Positions 1-10,826 of a stretch of 64,000 nucleotides of DNA are shown in pieces. Position 1 is the first letter of the stretch. Every line of letters begins with the position of its first letter. The DNA lies in the sequence record SRR2962707_813. One strand, 5' to 3'. Below the pieces are notes generated by a model. The model did not search any database. It was not told where the DNA came from and saw only the letters and a list, made by a program, of their open reading frames with translations. Position numbers and translations under genes: made by a program.

Positions 1-146
1 CCCACCCCCAGCCCCTCCGAGGAGGGGAGTAGTTTAATGCAGGAGGGATCAAATGATGATGGAGGAGAGGAGTTAAGTTGAAGTTTTTCTGTAACAGAAG
101 TCACCTCCTTTGGAGCTGTCCGACGTTTCGGAGATTTAAAGGCAGG
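1..146. repeat. REP-like palindromic element pair (CCCCTCC..GGAGGGG type), second copy degenerate
   Basis: CCCCTCC-ga-GGAGGGG at 12-27; degenerate inverted partner tcacctcctttggag...ggcagg at 101-146; intergenic. Confidence 0.5.
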
Positions 147-188
147 TTTTTATTAATGGAAAAAGAGAAGGTTTTAATTAAATAAGAG

Positions 189-1160
189 ATGAAACATATA
201 TCGCTTGTTGTTCCAAACGGAGAGTTCAGCATCACAAACCTGGACCTCACAAGACAGTTGTTTGAATGGGTAAATGACAATTCACCTACTCCTTTATTTG
301 ATCTGAAGATCGTAGGATTATCAAAAGAAGCTCATGTGGTCGGCGGGTTGTATACGATCAAAACGGACTGCCACATTAATGATATTGATCGAACGGATGT
401 AGTGATTATTCCGGCCATGTTTGGCGATCCCGAGGAGCTTATACAACAAAATACGGCATTGGTTCCATGGGTGGAAAGGCAATACCTGAATGGGGCAGAC
501 CTGGTAAGCATGTGTGTGGGATCATTTTTCCTTGGTGCCATGGGTATTCTTAATGGGAAGAAGTGCTCAACTCACTGGGGGGCTGCTGAAGATTTTCGAA
601 AATTGTTTCCGGATGTAATTCTGGAGGATGAGCGAATCGTTTCAGAGTCACACCGAATATTCACCAGTGGAGGAGCTTTGGCGTTTACCAATTTGCTTAT
701 TTATTTAATTGAGCGATACGCAGGGCGTGGAATAGCCATTGCAGCAGCTAAAGCGTATATGATTGACGTAGATAGAACCAGTCAATCACCATTCGCTATG
801 TTTTCTGGTCAGAAGTCGCATGAGGATGATGAGGTATTGAAAGCACAGGAATATATCGAAACCCATTTCAAGGATAAGATATCTGTAAATAGCCTATGTG
901 AGGAGATAGGGGTAGGGAGACGTACGTTTGAGCGGAGGTTTAAAAGTTCTACCACCAATACGATCTTTGAATACATCCAACGTGTAAGGATTGAAGCTGC
1001 AAAAACAGAGCTTGAGAAAGGAGTGAAAACGGTATCACAAGTTATGTTCGGAGTGGGCTATAGCGATACCAAGGCTTTTCGTGAAGTATTTAAGCGGATT
1101 ACCGGCATGACACCTGTAGCCTATAAGGAGAAGTATACACGTATGGACATGGTTGCTTAG
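189..1160 (+). CDS. GlxA-family transcriptional regulator (DJ-1/PfpI domain + AraC HTH)
   Basis: SMCVGSF and CSTHW DJ-1-like motifs; C-terminal AraC double HTH (RRTFERRFK; VGYSDTKAFREVFKRITGMTP). Confidence 0.93.
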   Translation: MKHISLVVPNGEFSITNLDLTRQLFEWVNDNSPTPLFDLKIVGLSKEAHVVGGLYTIKTDCHINDIDRTDVVIIPAMFGDPEELIQQNTALVPWVERQYLNGADLVSMCVGSFFLGAMGILNGKKCSTHWGAAEDFRKLFPDVILEDERIVSESHRIFTSGGALAFTNLLIYLIERYAGRGIAIAAAKAYMIDVDRTSQSPFAMFSGQKSHEDDEVLKAQEYIETHFKDKISVNSLCEEIGVGRRTFERRFKSSTTNTIFEYIQRVRIEAAKTELEKGVKTVSQVMFGVGYSDTKAFREVFKRITGMTPVAYKEKYTRMDMVA

Positions 1161-1182
1161 CAGGTCATTCAATCATGACCAA

Positions 1183-3348
1183 TCAATGATAGGCATGCAT
1201 CTGTACTTTTAGCTCAGCACGTCTGTTTTTGGCATAGTCTTCCTCTTCACACTCAACGCCACTGCTGCACTTATTGAGTGGCAATTCCTCGCCAAATGCA
1301 ATTCCCTGAATTCGTTTCTTCGCAATCCCCTTACGATTAAAATATTGAACCAATTCCTTGAGTCTTCCTTCGGATAATCGCTTATTGTATGCTTCTGAGC
1401 CCCTGGAATCGGCATGGGCTGCAATGTTTAGAATGGCTTTTGGAAATCGCTTCAAGGTACTAACGATCTCATTGAGGTGGGTATATGCCGTGTCAGCTAT
1501 CTGGGTTTCGTTGAATCCAAAGTAGGTGACCACCTTATCCACATATACTTCCTCAAGAACGATATCATTTAGCAGATCGCCATCATAGATATCTTTGGTG
1601 TTGATGGAGAATCCATCCGGTAAAAAACCTTCATGTCTGGCTGTGATTTTATACCTATTGTCAGGCACCAATACGAACTCATATGTTCCGCTTTCAGCGG
1701 TCACCACAGAATCCTTAATTCCATTATCAAGATTTTCCAACACCACTGTCACATCCTGAATAAGTTGCTGGGTTTCATTGCTATACAATTTACCCTTGGC
1801 ATAAAGATCATGCTCCCAAAGACTTAGCACAAGTGTATCGTAGTTGATTCGTGAGCCTTTGGTAGAAAATGGTTCCTTATATAAATCCGAATGACCTTCT
1901 TTGCTCACGGTCACATAATAGTCCTGATCATATGGTACGTTGATTTGAAAACCGCCTCCTTCATTGGTCAGAGAAGACCAGAAATCATCACCAGATGCAG
2001 ACTCAACTTTCACGAAAGCACCGGAGATCGGATTGCCATTTTGCTTGGTAACGACTTGCACCACCCCGGTATACATTACGGTAGAAAAGTGATAAATGTC
2101 ATCAAGTCCTTTACCTCCTTCCCGGTTGGAGGAGAAGTAGCCCTTCCTTCCTGATGGATCCATATACAAAGAGAAATCATCAGCAATCGAGTTGATCGGG
2201 GTACCCATATTTCGGGGGTTATACACACGGTTTTCTTTAAAACTTGCTTCGAAAATATCCAGTCCACCAAAACCTCCAAGTCCAGATGAGGAGTAATAAA
2301 GAGTGGTATCATTATAAAGTACCGGGAATAGTTCTTCGCCTGAGGTATTTATCTGTGGCCCCAGGTTTACAGGTGCAGACCATTTGTTTCCATCTCTGAA
2401 AGTGGCGTACAAATCAGGACCACCAAATCCACCGGGCATATTTGAGGAGAAAAACATAATAGACCCATCGGAAGATAGGGTTGGGTGACCCACTGAATAG
2501 TTATTGCTGTTGTGTTCAAACGCCTGAATGTTTTTCCATTGATCAGAAGGGCAATCAGCAAAAAATATTTTCAGGTTTACTTTACTCACTCCCTTGTTAG
2601 TATTCGATGCATCTTTCAGATTGTTTCGTGTAAAAGCCACACGATTATTTTCATCGTAAAAGGAAAGTGGTCCATCGTGGTAATAGGGCTTTACTTCCTC
2701 GTCATAAACAAGATGGTAGGTTTTGCTACTGTCGTAAACGAAGTACCTCAGCATGCCTTCATCCTCATTTATAGCATTGGCAGGTTGATGCTTCACATAT
2801 CTTTCCGTTTGCCTTGCCGAGAGAAATATCATTCTCTCCTTATAAGGCTGATAGGAAAAATCAGATTGATCAGAATTAATAGCCACATTTTGAATGGTAT
2901 ACGCTGAGTCACGACGGTATTCCTCAATATGATTCAGGAAATTGAGCTTTGACTCAATTTCAGGATTGTTTTCTTCGTTCAAAATCTTCCCATACCATTC
3001 TTTTGCCTGTTCGATTTTTCCATTTCTCCGCAACACCTCTGCATACAGGACTTTCATTTCAAGGGTAGCATCCGTATCATTCATCAATGATCTCAGCCAC
3101 ACTTCTGAGTTATTGGGTTCATTCAGGTACAGATAGCTTTTCGCGATTTTATACTCGGATTCGATATCATCCGGTTGCTTATCTAACACTTTTTCATAGA
3201 AATGGATGGCGTTTCTATAATCCATTTGATCATAGTATTGGTTGGCCACCAGCCGGTCGCCACGAAAGAGGTCCAGCACACTTTTGCTTTGACTAAATAC
3301 ACTCAGAAAGCTGAAAAGAAAAATGATATAAATAGCGTATCTCTTCAT
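1183..3348 (-). CDS. OmpA-family protein with TPR, PD40/WD40-like and carboxypeptidase-regulatory-like domains (PorE-like, T9SS-associated)
   Basis: Signal peptide; TPR helices; PD40 repeats (FFSSNMPGGFGGPDLY, YFSSNREGGKGLDDIY); OmpA C-terminus (AHADSRGSEAYNKRLS..NRRAE); follows a porP/sprF gene. Confidence 0.9.
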   Translation of the reverse strand: MKRYAIYIIFLFSFLSVFSQSKSVLDLFRGDRLVANQYYDQMDYRNAIHFYEKVLDKQPDDIESEYKIAKSYLYLNEPNNSEVWLRSLMNDTDATLEMKVLYAEVLRRNGKIEQAKEWYGKILNEENNPEIESKLNFLNHIEEYRRDSAYTIQNVAINSDQSDFSYQPYKERMIFLSARQTERYVKHQPANAINEDEGMLRYFVYDSSKTYHLVYDEEVKPYYHDGPLSFYDENNRVAFTRNNLKDASNTNKGVSKVNLKIFFADCPSDQWKNIQAFEHNSNNYSVGHPTLSSDGSIMFFSSNMPGGFGGPDLYATFRDGNKWSAPVNLGPQINTSGEELFPVLYNDTTLYYSSSGLGGFGGLDIFEASFKENRVYNPRNMGTPINSIADDFSLYMDPSGRKGYFSSNREGGKGLDDIYHFSTVMYTGVVQVVTKQNGNPISGAFVKVESASGDDFWSSLTNEGGGFQINVPYDQDYYVTVSKEGHSDLYKEPFSTKGSRINYDTLVLSLWEHDLYAKGKLYSNETQQLIQDVTVVLENLDNGIKDSVVTAESGTYEFVLVPDNRYKITARHEGFLPDGFSINTKDIYDGDLLNDIVLEEVYVDKVVTYFGFNETQIADTAYTHLNEIVSTLKRFPKAILNIAAHADSRGSEAYNKRLSEGRLKELVQYFNRKGIAKKRIQGIAFGEELPLNKCSSGVECEEEDYAKNRRAELKVQMHAYH

Positions 3349-3351
3349 TTT

Positions 3352-4266
3352 TTAGAAATATCTAGGACTTACCAGTCGGTATTTGGTGAACTTAAATCTA
3401 AAGTTGAGAAGTATTTCGTGGGTTCCAATTCCCACCTCTCTCAACTCACCCTTTTCAAGGGCATATGCATATCCTAAGAGCAGCTGATCTGTCAGACGTA
3501 TTTCGGTGAGCAGGTTAACACCGGGAAAACGATAAGATGCTCCAACCCAGAGCAAGTCATCAAACTGGATGCTGCAGTTCAGGTCAATATCTGAAATGGA
3601 ACCATCGGTCACTTTAAATAGGAAATTAGGCTTGATTCTCAGAACCGGATTAATTGTGTAAACATATCCGCCGTGTACCAGAAATGGTATGGATTGAAAA
3701 ACCGTGCTAAAGTTATCCCCTCTATCAAATACGTTATTCATCATATGTGGCATAGAAATACCGACGAAATAATTCTTATTCAGATAGAAAACACCGGATC
3801 CGATGTTTGGCCTGGATTGTTGGACATTGGTGTTGAAATATGGATCATCGGGTGAAAGGCTGGTCAGGCTTGTATAATCTGCCCGGTAATTGATCATACC
3901 GAATTGCATCCCAAATGCAATCGAATGTTCTCCCTCTTCGTCAAAATAAATACGATATGCTCCGGCAAAATGTGCCCCGGTGTTGTTGATCACACCGATT
4001 TTATCCCTGATAAAAAGTGCGCCTCCTGCGATGTTCTTTTGCCATAATGGTGAATGGATCGAGAAAGTCTGCGTACTTGGAGCGCCTTCTAATCCGATAT
4101 TTTGAAACCGTGTAATAAATGAAGCACTAATGAGGTTATGTGAACCAGCATAAGCAGGATTAATTGCGAGAGGATTGAACATGTATTGCGCAAAGCTGGC
4201 AGTCTGCTGAGCAACAGCTACATATCCACACGTGAGAAAAGCGAAGGCGAGTAGTGTTTTTCTCAT
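3352..4266 (-). CDS. Type IX secretion system membrane protein, PorP/SprF family
   Basis: QYMFNPLAINPAYAG N-terminal motif; GTHEI and SPRYF C-terminus; directly downstream of a type-B CTD protein. Confidence 0.95.
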   Translation of the reverse strand: MRKTLLAFAFLTCGYVAVAQQTASFAQYMFNPLAINPAYAGSHNLISASFITRFQNIGLEGAPSTQTFSIHSPLWQKNIAGGALFIRDKIGVINNTGAHFAGAYRIYFDEEGEHSIAFGMQFGMINYRADYTSLTSLSPDDPYFNTNVQQSRPNIGSGVFYLNKNYFVGISMPHMMNNVFDRGDNFSTVFQSIPFLVHGGYVYTINPVLRIKPNFLFKVTDGSISDIDLNCSIQFDDLLWVGASYRFPGVNLLTEIRLTDQLLLGYAYALEKGELREVGIGTHEILLNFRFKFTKYRLVSPRYF

Positions 4267-7200
4267 TAGTTACCTGTGCCTCTAAGTACTACAAATCCAC
4301 CAAAAGTACCTTTTTCGCCAGCGGTGATGCGATAAAAGTAGGTGCCTTCCGGTAGCAATTTTGTTCCATTCCGGTTTGAACGTCCAATCCAGGCTCGGTC
4401 TGTATTATTGTAGCCGTCCATTTCAAAAACAATGTTATTATACCTGTCGTAAATTCGAACAGTGTTGTTTGGATAATAATCAATTCCCTCGATATGCCAG
4501 TAGTCATTCATGCCGTCTCCATTAGGCGAGATGGTTTGATAGACTGTAAAAGGGTTGTCGCCTACAATGATGATGAGCGTTCCAGTGGCTGATTTTGAGG
4601 GGGAACCGTTATCGAATACCGTATAGCTTAATTGATCTTCTCCTCGGAATGTTATGTCAGAAGTATAGGTTATTTCACCACTGGCAGAAATATCTACAGT
4701 CCCTCCGGTTGGGTTTTCCTGAAGCACCAGTTCCAGTGATAAAGGGTCGTTTTCAATGTCGATATCATTATTTAGCACATTGATGGTGCCTTGCTCTTTG
4801 CGTAATACGTATAGTGTATCTGCAATAGCGATTGGAGCATCATTTACAGGTTCTACCACGATACTTACTTCCAGGTACCCGCACAATTGCGGGTCACGAT
4901 CATCACAGATTTCAATTTCCCAGACAGCTGTTCCAAAAAAGTTTTCTTCTGGTATAAATTCATATGTAAAGTCTCCCACCTCTGTAAGAGTTCCGGTTCC
5001 GCTTTTCTTGTTCAAACCCACGGTGGTTACAACATCACCCTCAGGGTCGATAACCTCAAATCCAAATTCCAATGGTGTATCCTCGAGCGTACTTGCTGAG
5101 TAATTGGTAGTAGGCAAGGTGTTGATGATAATTTCCGGAGGCTCATTAACATCGAGTACATCAATGGTAATTGTTGAGGCAGTACAAACAGATCCATCAT
5201 TTGAGTCGCAAACTGTTATTTCTACCTGATCTTGCCCGACAAAATCGACATTGCCAGTATAAGTAAAGCATAAGTCACCATTGGTATCATCTATGACGGT
5301 AGCGTTTCCTGATGGTGATGATACCGCGGTAAGTTCATGTGTATCATTTTCCATATCACTGATCGACACACATACCTGAGTAGTCACCTCTTCATTTACT
5401 TCATAAATCACATTATCAAAGGTGGGAGCATCATTGATAGGTGTTACAGTTACTGAAAAAGTTTGCATAACGGTGTTATTAGCTGCTTGTCCATCATCTA
5501 CCGTAACGGTAATGGTTGCGGTTCCAGATTGATCAGCCACCGGCGTGTAAGTAAGTGATCCCGATGTGTTAGCACTGGTGTAAGTGACCGTTGGATTAGG
5601 GATCAAAGCGGTGTTACTGGAGGTTGCTGATATTGCAAGTGTTTGCGACTCTCCACCACCGGCGGTTATCCCTGCCAGACTTACCGATTGTTCAGGAGCA
5701 TCTTCATCGATGGATGCCGGATCAGGAATAACATCCAATGTTGGGAAATCATTGACAGCAGCCAGGTTTATCGTCACTGTTACCACATCGGTTAAGTTTC
5801 CGGTTCCATCATCTTCAATTGTTATTTCCCAAACGGAAGGAACTCCATTTTCGTCAGGAACAGGTGTGTATTCATAGCAAAACTCTGTGGCTTCAGCAAT
5901 CAGTGTTCCATTTCCTGAAATTTTGTTGATGGAAAGTGTATTGACGTTATCCCCATCTACATCGATAACCGCAAAACAGAAAGACTTGACAGAATCTTCA
6001 AATGATTGAACAGTCATGGTTTCGGAGCTTACGCCGTTGACCAAAATAACAGGGCTATCATTGACACTTAGTACCTCAACATCTACCGTTGTAGTGGAGC
6101 AGACCGAAGGATCACCACTATCGCAAATGGTTACCTCAACCTCATCTGATCCAATAAAACCTGTTGGTGGAGTATAATTGAAGCATAAGTCATTGACTGT
6201 ACCATCCGCTACTGTTCCACCATTGGCAGAGGTCCCTGAAGAAAATACGTGAGAGTCCCCTTCTATATCTGTAATATCTCCAGGATCAATGCAAAGTTGT
6301 GTTGTTGTTTTTTCATTGACGGTTTCTGCAGATGGAGCTATGATAGGAGGGTCATTGATAGGCAAGACATCAATATTAATGGTCACCTCTGTTATGCTAC
6401 ACTCACCCAGAGCATCACAGGCTTCTAGTGTGATTGTTTCAGTTCCATCAAAATCAGCATCCGGTGTGTATTCAAAGCAAAACGTACCATCTGTTTCAAC
6501 GATAGCTCCCGCCGCTCCATTAATGGGCGGTGTTGTGATGTTAACAGTTACCAAGTCTCCGTCCGGGTCATTTACCGTTAAGCAAACTTCTACTGAGGAA
6601 TCTTCATTGGTGGTTATGTCAACTGCTCCTACCACAGGTTCTCCATTTACTTCGATGACTTCCGGTGGAAAATTTGTGGTTGGATTAAAAGTGATAAAAT
6701 GATTAATGAAGTTACTGTTAGCAGTGCCATCTGACACATTGAAGGTGATCCTTCTGGTACTTTCATTGGCGGCACCCGGAGGATTATATTCATAGGAGAC
6801 ACTATTGATAGCAGCGGCATAATCTGGGAGAGAAGCTGAGCCTGTAAAACTTAATACACCGGTTGAGCTATTATATGATCCAGCAATACCAGCAGGTGCA
6901 GAAAATGTTAATTCATCACCATCAACAAATGTGTTTGAACTTGATTGTACAATGACTGCCGTGGCAGAAGAAATCTGGGTATTGTCAACATCAGCAATAG
7001 AAAAGGTTGAGTTAACAACGAAAGGAGGTGTTTCAGCAGTGTATTCTGTGGATCCCGGAGTTCCACTCAAAACTGGCGGGTCATTTACTTTAGAAACAAT
7101 AATATCACGGGTAAAAGGATTACTGTCATCCGACCCATCGTTGATTATGAACTCGACTGTACGGGTAGATTCAATGGGATCTTCACTGCTATTTATGTAC

Positions 7201-8624
7201 GCAATGCTTTGTAAAGCAGTGTTGTAATTATTTATTGATGCTTCACCGGATAGTGTTAAAACACCTGTTCCTGAATTATAGCTCCCTGTAATACCCAGTT
7301 GATCGATAAAGGTCAATGCATCTTCACCGGATTCGAAACCGGAACTGATAGAGATTGTTGCTCCCTCAAAATCCAAATCTTCATTATCTCCTGCAACGAT
7401 GGCAGGATCAATAGGTACTTCACCATCGTTTTCATTATAGCTTAAGTCAGTGCCAGTACCACTAATGAAAGGAATGGTATTTAATACGACCACCGCAAAG
7501 CTGACTTGAGATCCGGATGCCTGAGAGTCACAATTACCAGGAATTATAGCTACAGCCACAACAGAATCACCCTGATTTAGAGGAGCGGATAGATTTAAAC
7601 TCCATGAGCCGTCAGCATTAACGGACGTACCCAATGCTTCGATGAGAACGGAGGAAGAAGTGAATACATCTATGAAAATATCAGAAGCAGGGTCTGCCAA
7701 TCCTTTGATTATATCATCTCCCTGCTTAAGTGGAATATCAAGCTCAGGTTCAGGAGTTGATCCTGATGCAAAACCAGTTCCTCCTGCCGTCAAACTGCTG
7801 AAAGGAACCGGGCATTGATTAGAAGCCAGATCTTCAAAAGCACAAGATAAACAGCCGTCATACTCGGTATCATCCACACCACCTATGTCAGAAATTTTAC
7901 CTGCCATGGCGCATGTTCCTGAGATATTCGTTACCACTACGAATTGAAGTTCGCTATCTACCGTAATCCCAAATTCTGCTGTTAAATCACCGAACGGGAC
8001 ATAGAAATCATAGAAATAATCTTCATCTCCGCAACTCACTTCATCTGCTATGGAAACCTGAAAATTATCAGCTATCGCGTATTCTAGTAAGGGGGTGGGA
8101 CAGCTGTCTTCTCCGTCAATATCGTAAACATAAATGCCCTTTGAATTGCCTTTGATGAGTGTGATGTCAATTTCAAACCCTGCATTTGTATCGTTATAGT
8201 TAGGGTCTCCTGTTCCTATCTCCCCGTCAGTATCAATAAGTACTGTGTAAGCTTCCACGCTTGGGTGCTCATCGGCAAGTCGCATTCGAATAATAAGGTT
8301 ATTATTTGCATCTAATGCTGCATAGGCTGATACTCCGGTTGAGTCGACAGTCAGGTCAGTGGTGCCACAGTTAGGACCGGCCTGTGTGTCGTTCGATGTA
8401 TCTCCATTTCCAAAAACGGGAATTGGAAACATAGGGATTTCAAATTCATCCACGTACCAGCCATCATTGGAAAAACCGGAATTATCCAGTGAAACATAAT
8501 TGTCTCCATTCGGGTCTAAAACAGAGCTATTATTGGCAGGATCGATAATAAGTCCACGTTGAGCGGTGGTATATCCAACCGTCATCATGAGGCCTAAAAC
8601 AATTAATTGGCGCAGTGTAGGCAT
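4266..8624 (-). CDS. Large surface adhesin with cadherin/Ig-like repeats and T9SS type-B (gliding motility-associated) C-terminal domain
   Basis: Repeated VND[AP]P/YTP Ig-like units; C-terminus ISPNGDGMNDYWHIEGI..IYDRYNNIVF..LPEGTYFY; adjacent PorP/SprF gene. Confidence 0.92.
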   Translation of the reverse strand: MPTLRQLIVLGLMMTVGYTTAQRGLIIDPANNSSVLDPNGDNYVSLDNSGFSNDGWYVDEFEIPMFPIPVFGNGDTSNDTQAGPNCGTTDLTVDSTGVSAYAALDANNNLIIRMRLADEHPSVEAYTVLIDTDGEIGTGDPNYNDTNAGFEIDITLIKGNSKGIYVYDIDGEDSCPTPLLEYAIADNFQVSIADEVSCGDEDYFYDFYVPFGDLTAEFGITVDSELQFVVVTNISGTCAMAGKISDIGGVDDTEYDGCLSCAFEDLASNQCPVPFSSLTAGGTGFASGSTPEPELDIPLKQGDDIIKGLADPASDIFIDVFTSSSVLIEALGTSVNADGSWSLNLSAPLNQGDSVVAVAIIPGNCDSQASGSQVSFAVVVLNTIPFISGTGTDLSYNENDGEVPIDPAIVAGDNEDLDFEGATISISSGFESGEDALTFIDQLGITGSYNSGTGVLTLSGEASINNYNTALQSIAYINSSEDPIESTRTVEFIINDGSDDSNPFTRDIIVSKVNDPPVLSGTPGSTEYTAETPPFVVNSTFSIADVDNTQISSATAVIVQSSSNTFVDGDELTFSAPAGIAGSYNSSTGVLSFTGSASLPDYAAAINSVSYEYNPPGAANESTRRITFNVSDGTANSNFINHFITFNPTTNFPPEVIEVNGEPVVGAVDITTNEDSSVEVCLTVNDPDGDLVTVNITTPPINGAAGAIVETDGTFCFEYTPDADFDGTETITLEACDALGECSITEVTINIDVLPINDPPIIAPSAETVNEKTTTQLCIDPGDITDIEGDSHVFSSGTSANGGTVADGTVNDLCFNYTPPTGFIGSDEVEVTICDSGDPSVCSTTTVDVEVLSVNDSPVILVNGVSSETMTVQSFEDSVKSFCFAVIDVDGDNVNTLSINKISGNGTLIAEATEFCYEYTPVPDENGVPSVWEITIEDDGTGNLTDVVTVTINLAAVNDFPTLDVIPDPASIDEDAPEQSVSLAGITAGGGESQTLAISATSSNTALIPNPTVTYTSANTSGSLTYTPVADQSGTATITVTVDDGQAANNTVMQTFSVTVTPINDAPTFDNVIYEVNEEVTTQVCVSISDMENDTHELTAVSSPSGNATVIDDTNGDLCFTYTGNVDFVGQDQVEITVCDSNDGSVCTASTITIDVLDVNEPPEIIINTLPTTNYSASTLEDTPLEFGFEVIDPEGDVVTTVGLNKKSGTGTLTEVGDFTYEFIPEENFFGTAVWEIEICDDRDPQLCGYLEVSIVVEPVNDAPIAIADTLYVLRKEQGTINVLNNDIDIENDPLSLELVLQENPTGGTVDISASGEITYTSDITFRGEDQLSYTVFDNGSPSKSATGTLIIIVGDNPFTVYQTISPNGDGMNDYWHIEGIDYYPNNTVRIYDRYNNIVFEMDGYNNTDRAWIGRSNRNGTKLLPEGTYFYRITAGEKGTFGGFVVLRGTGN

Positions 8625-8946
8625 AGCAGTAGTAGTATTGTTCTTTTCAACAATAGTGTGGTGACTGACGGTGGGTGGCTGATTATGACCAAATAGAGAA
8701 TTGTTCTCGACAAATTTTAATATCCGTTTGGCCTATTATCAACCTTAAAAATCGCATTATTTAAGCACATTTCCAATAATTGATATTCAGCAGGACTAAA
8801 TTCAATAGATCATTTACATTTATTAAGTGATCTGAGACCCCATTCTACCCCGCATTTCTCTTCCCGGTCTCACTGAAAAATAATTCTGGCATCATTTTTC
8901 CTTTTATTCACTCAAAGGTCAAATGTTTCACTTAAAATGAATCGTT

Positions 8947-9498
8947 ATGAAAAAGCTATACATATTAATGCTCCTTTTAACAGGTTTATCAGGATGTTAC
9001 TTTGATGAAGGACCAAGAGGGCCGAGAGGCTATGATGGAAGAGATGGAATTGATGGTGTGGATGGAGAAGAGAGCTATGTTTTCGAATATGAATTTAGTT
9101 TCACTGCACCGGATTACAGTCAACTTTTATTGCTACCGAATGACTTTGTCATGCTGGATTCTGACGTAATGCTGGTTTATTTCCTTTGGGAAGTGACTGA
9201 AGATGGAGTAGAAATTTGGAGATCACTCCCACAAACCATGTACTTCAGCGATGGAGTGCTTGAATACAACTATGATTTCACCAAGTATGATGCCAATGTA
9301 TTTATGGACGGAAATGTGAATTTTGATGATTTGGGGGCTCTATATACAGACAATTGGATTGCGCGAGTAGTTGTAGTGCCTGCTCAATACGGAGGCAGAG
9401 GAGGAGTGGATTACTCAGACTACAATAAGGTGAAAGAATATTTTGATCTATCGGATTCCAAATTAGCTAAACCCGGATATTCGAAAAGACCGAAATAA
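8947..9498 (+). CDS. Lipoprotein with short collagen-like (G-X-Y)7 segment
   Basis: Lipobox LSGC, then GPR-GPR-GYD-GRD-GID-GVD-GEE. Confidence 0.8.
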   Translation: MKKLYILMLLLTGLSGCYFDEGPRGPRGYDGRDGIDGVDGEESYVFEYEFSFTAPDYSQLLLLPNDFVMLDSDVMLVYFLWEVTEDGVEIWRSLPQTMYFSDGVLEYNYDFTKYDANVFMDGNVNFDDLGALYTDNWIARVVVVPAQYGGRGGVDYSDYNKVKEYFDLSDSKLAKPGYSKRPK

Positions 9499-9867
9499 TC
9501 AACCAAGGTAAGATTCAGGGATTGGAAGTCCCTGAATCTTAAAAAATGAAAGTTGATCAAAATAGCCCCTCTGAAAATGAATTTGGTCATTTTTGACTTG
9601 AAAGAAGCCACAGCCATTTAATCCCAGGGGATCACTCCACTCCAAAATAGCCCAATCACCATCTTCAAAAATGTTTTCTATCTGGCAAACCATTTTTGCC
9701 CTACTAAACTCTACTTCAAACATTTTTCGAATGGCTTTTTTCCCCTCTAAAGGATCCATGACTACCTGATGATTTATTGCATCTTCTGCATAAAGAGCAG
9801 AGAGTCCATTCACATCTGCACTATTAAATCTTTTCACCCATTCGATGACTACTTCTTTCGGTGACAT
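9499..9867 (-). CDS. SnoaL/NTF2-like protein
   Basis: LSALYAEDAINHQ..LEGKKAIRKMF..GCGFFQVKNDQI; start moved to ATG 9867 (MSPKEVV) because the longer ORF runs into the divergent gene start. Confidence 0.85.
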   Translation of the reverse strand: MSPKEVVIEWVKRFNSADVNGLSALYAEDAINHQVVMDPLEGKKAIRKMFEVEFSRAKMVCQIENIFEDGDWAILEWSDPLGLNGCGFFQVKNDQIHFQRGYFDQLSFFKIQGLPIPESYLG

Positions 9868-9941
9868 ATCTCTATTGATGACTTTTTCAAAGTAAAGAAG
9901 AATCGAGTAAATTAAGTAGTCGTACCACAGCATCTCACTCA

Positions 9942-10826
9942 ATGAAAAAAATCGATGAAAAAGAGATTAATCCACAGATATTCAAATTATATGATGATTA
10001 TGCGCATAATCGAATGGAGCGAAGGGAATTTATTGAAAAGCTTTCTCTCTATGCGGTAGGTGGGTTGACACTTACGTCTTTGATGAGCGCCATCATGCCT
10101 AATTATGATGTAATTCAGGTTGCACATGATAACCCGCAACTTAATACCGAAACAATAGAATACCCTTCTCCACAGGGGGGTGGGATAATGAAAGCACAAC
10201 TTTCTCGACCGAAAAATGCGAATGGCAAATTACCTGGAATTATTGTTGTGCATGAAAACAGAGGTCTAAACCCACACATTGCCGATGTAGGCAGAAGGGC
10301 AGCCATGGCAGGATTTATTTCTATTTCACCAGATGCTTTGACACCACTAGGAGGATATCCGGGAAATGACGATGAAGGACGTGCTTTGCAGCGAAAAAGG
10401 GATCGTGAGGGGATGTTGGAAGATTTCATCGCAGCATTTGAATACTTGAAAGACCATCCTGAATGTACAGGAAATGTGGGAGTGGTCGGTTTTTGCTTTG
10501 GTGGTTGGATCTCAAACATGATGGCAGTTAAAGTGCCGGATTTAAAAGCAGCAGTTCCGTTTTACGGAGGTCAGCCAGATGCTGAGATGGTCCCTGAAAT
10601 TCAAGCACCACTATTACTTCATTTTGGGGAGTTAGATACTCGTGTGAATGCTGGGTGGCCTGCTTATGAGGAGGCGCTAAAGGCAAACAATAAAGAGTAT
10701 GAAGCTTACATCTACTCTGGTGCAAATCATGGCTTCCATAACGACACAACATCCAGATACGATGAAAAAGCCGCAAAGTTGGCGTGGGATCGCACCATTA
10801 AATTTTTTGAGAAAAAATTGAAATAA
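9942..10826 (+). CDS. Dienelactone hydrolase family protein (YghX-like)
   Basis: [12 protein letters not shown], nucleophile motif GFCFGG, HGFHND; N-terminal YDDYAH..RREF. Confidence 0.93.
   Translation: MKKIDEKEINPQIFKLYDDYAHNRMERREFIEKLSLYAVGGLTLTSLMSAIMPNYDVIQVAHDNPQLNTETIEYPSPQGGGIMKAQLSRPKNANGKLPGIIVVHENRGLNPHIADVGRRAAMAGFISISPDALTPLGGYPGNDDEGRALQRKRDREGMLEDFIAAFEYLKDHPECTGNVGVVGFCFGGWISNMMAVKVPDLKAAVPFYGGQPDAEMVPEIQAPLLLHFGELDTRVNAGWPAYEEALKANNKEYEAYIYSGANHGFHNDTTSRYDEKAAKLAWDRTIKFFEKKLK

Noticed and set aside
4595-7227. Several plus-strand ORFs of 60-137 aa inside the adhesin gene
   Set aside because: They are antisense shadows of a repetitive Thr/Val/Asp-rich coding sequence.
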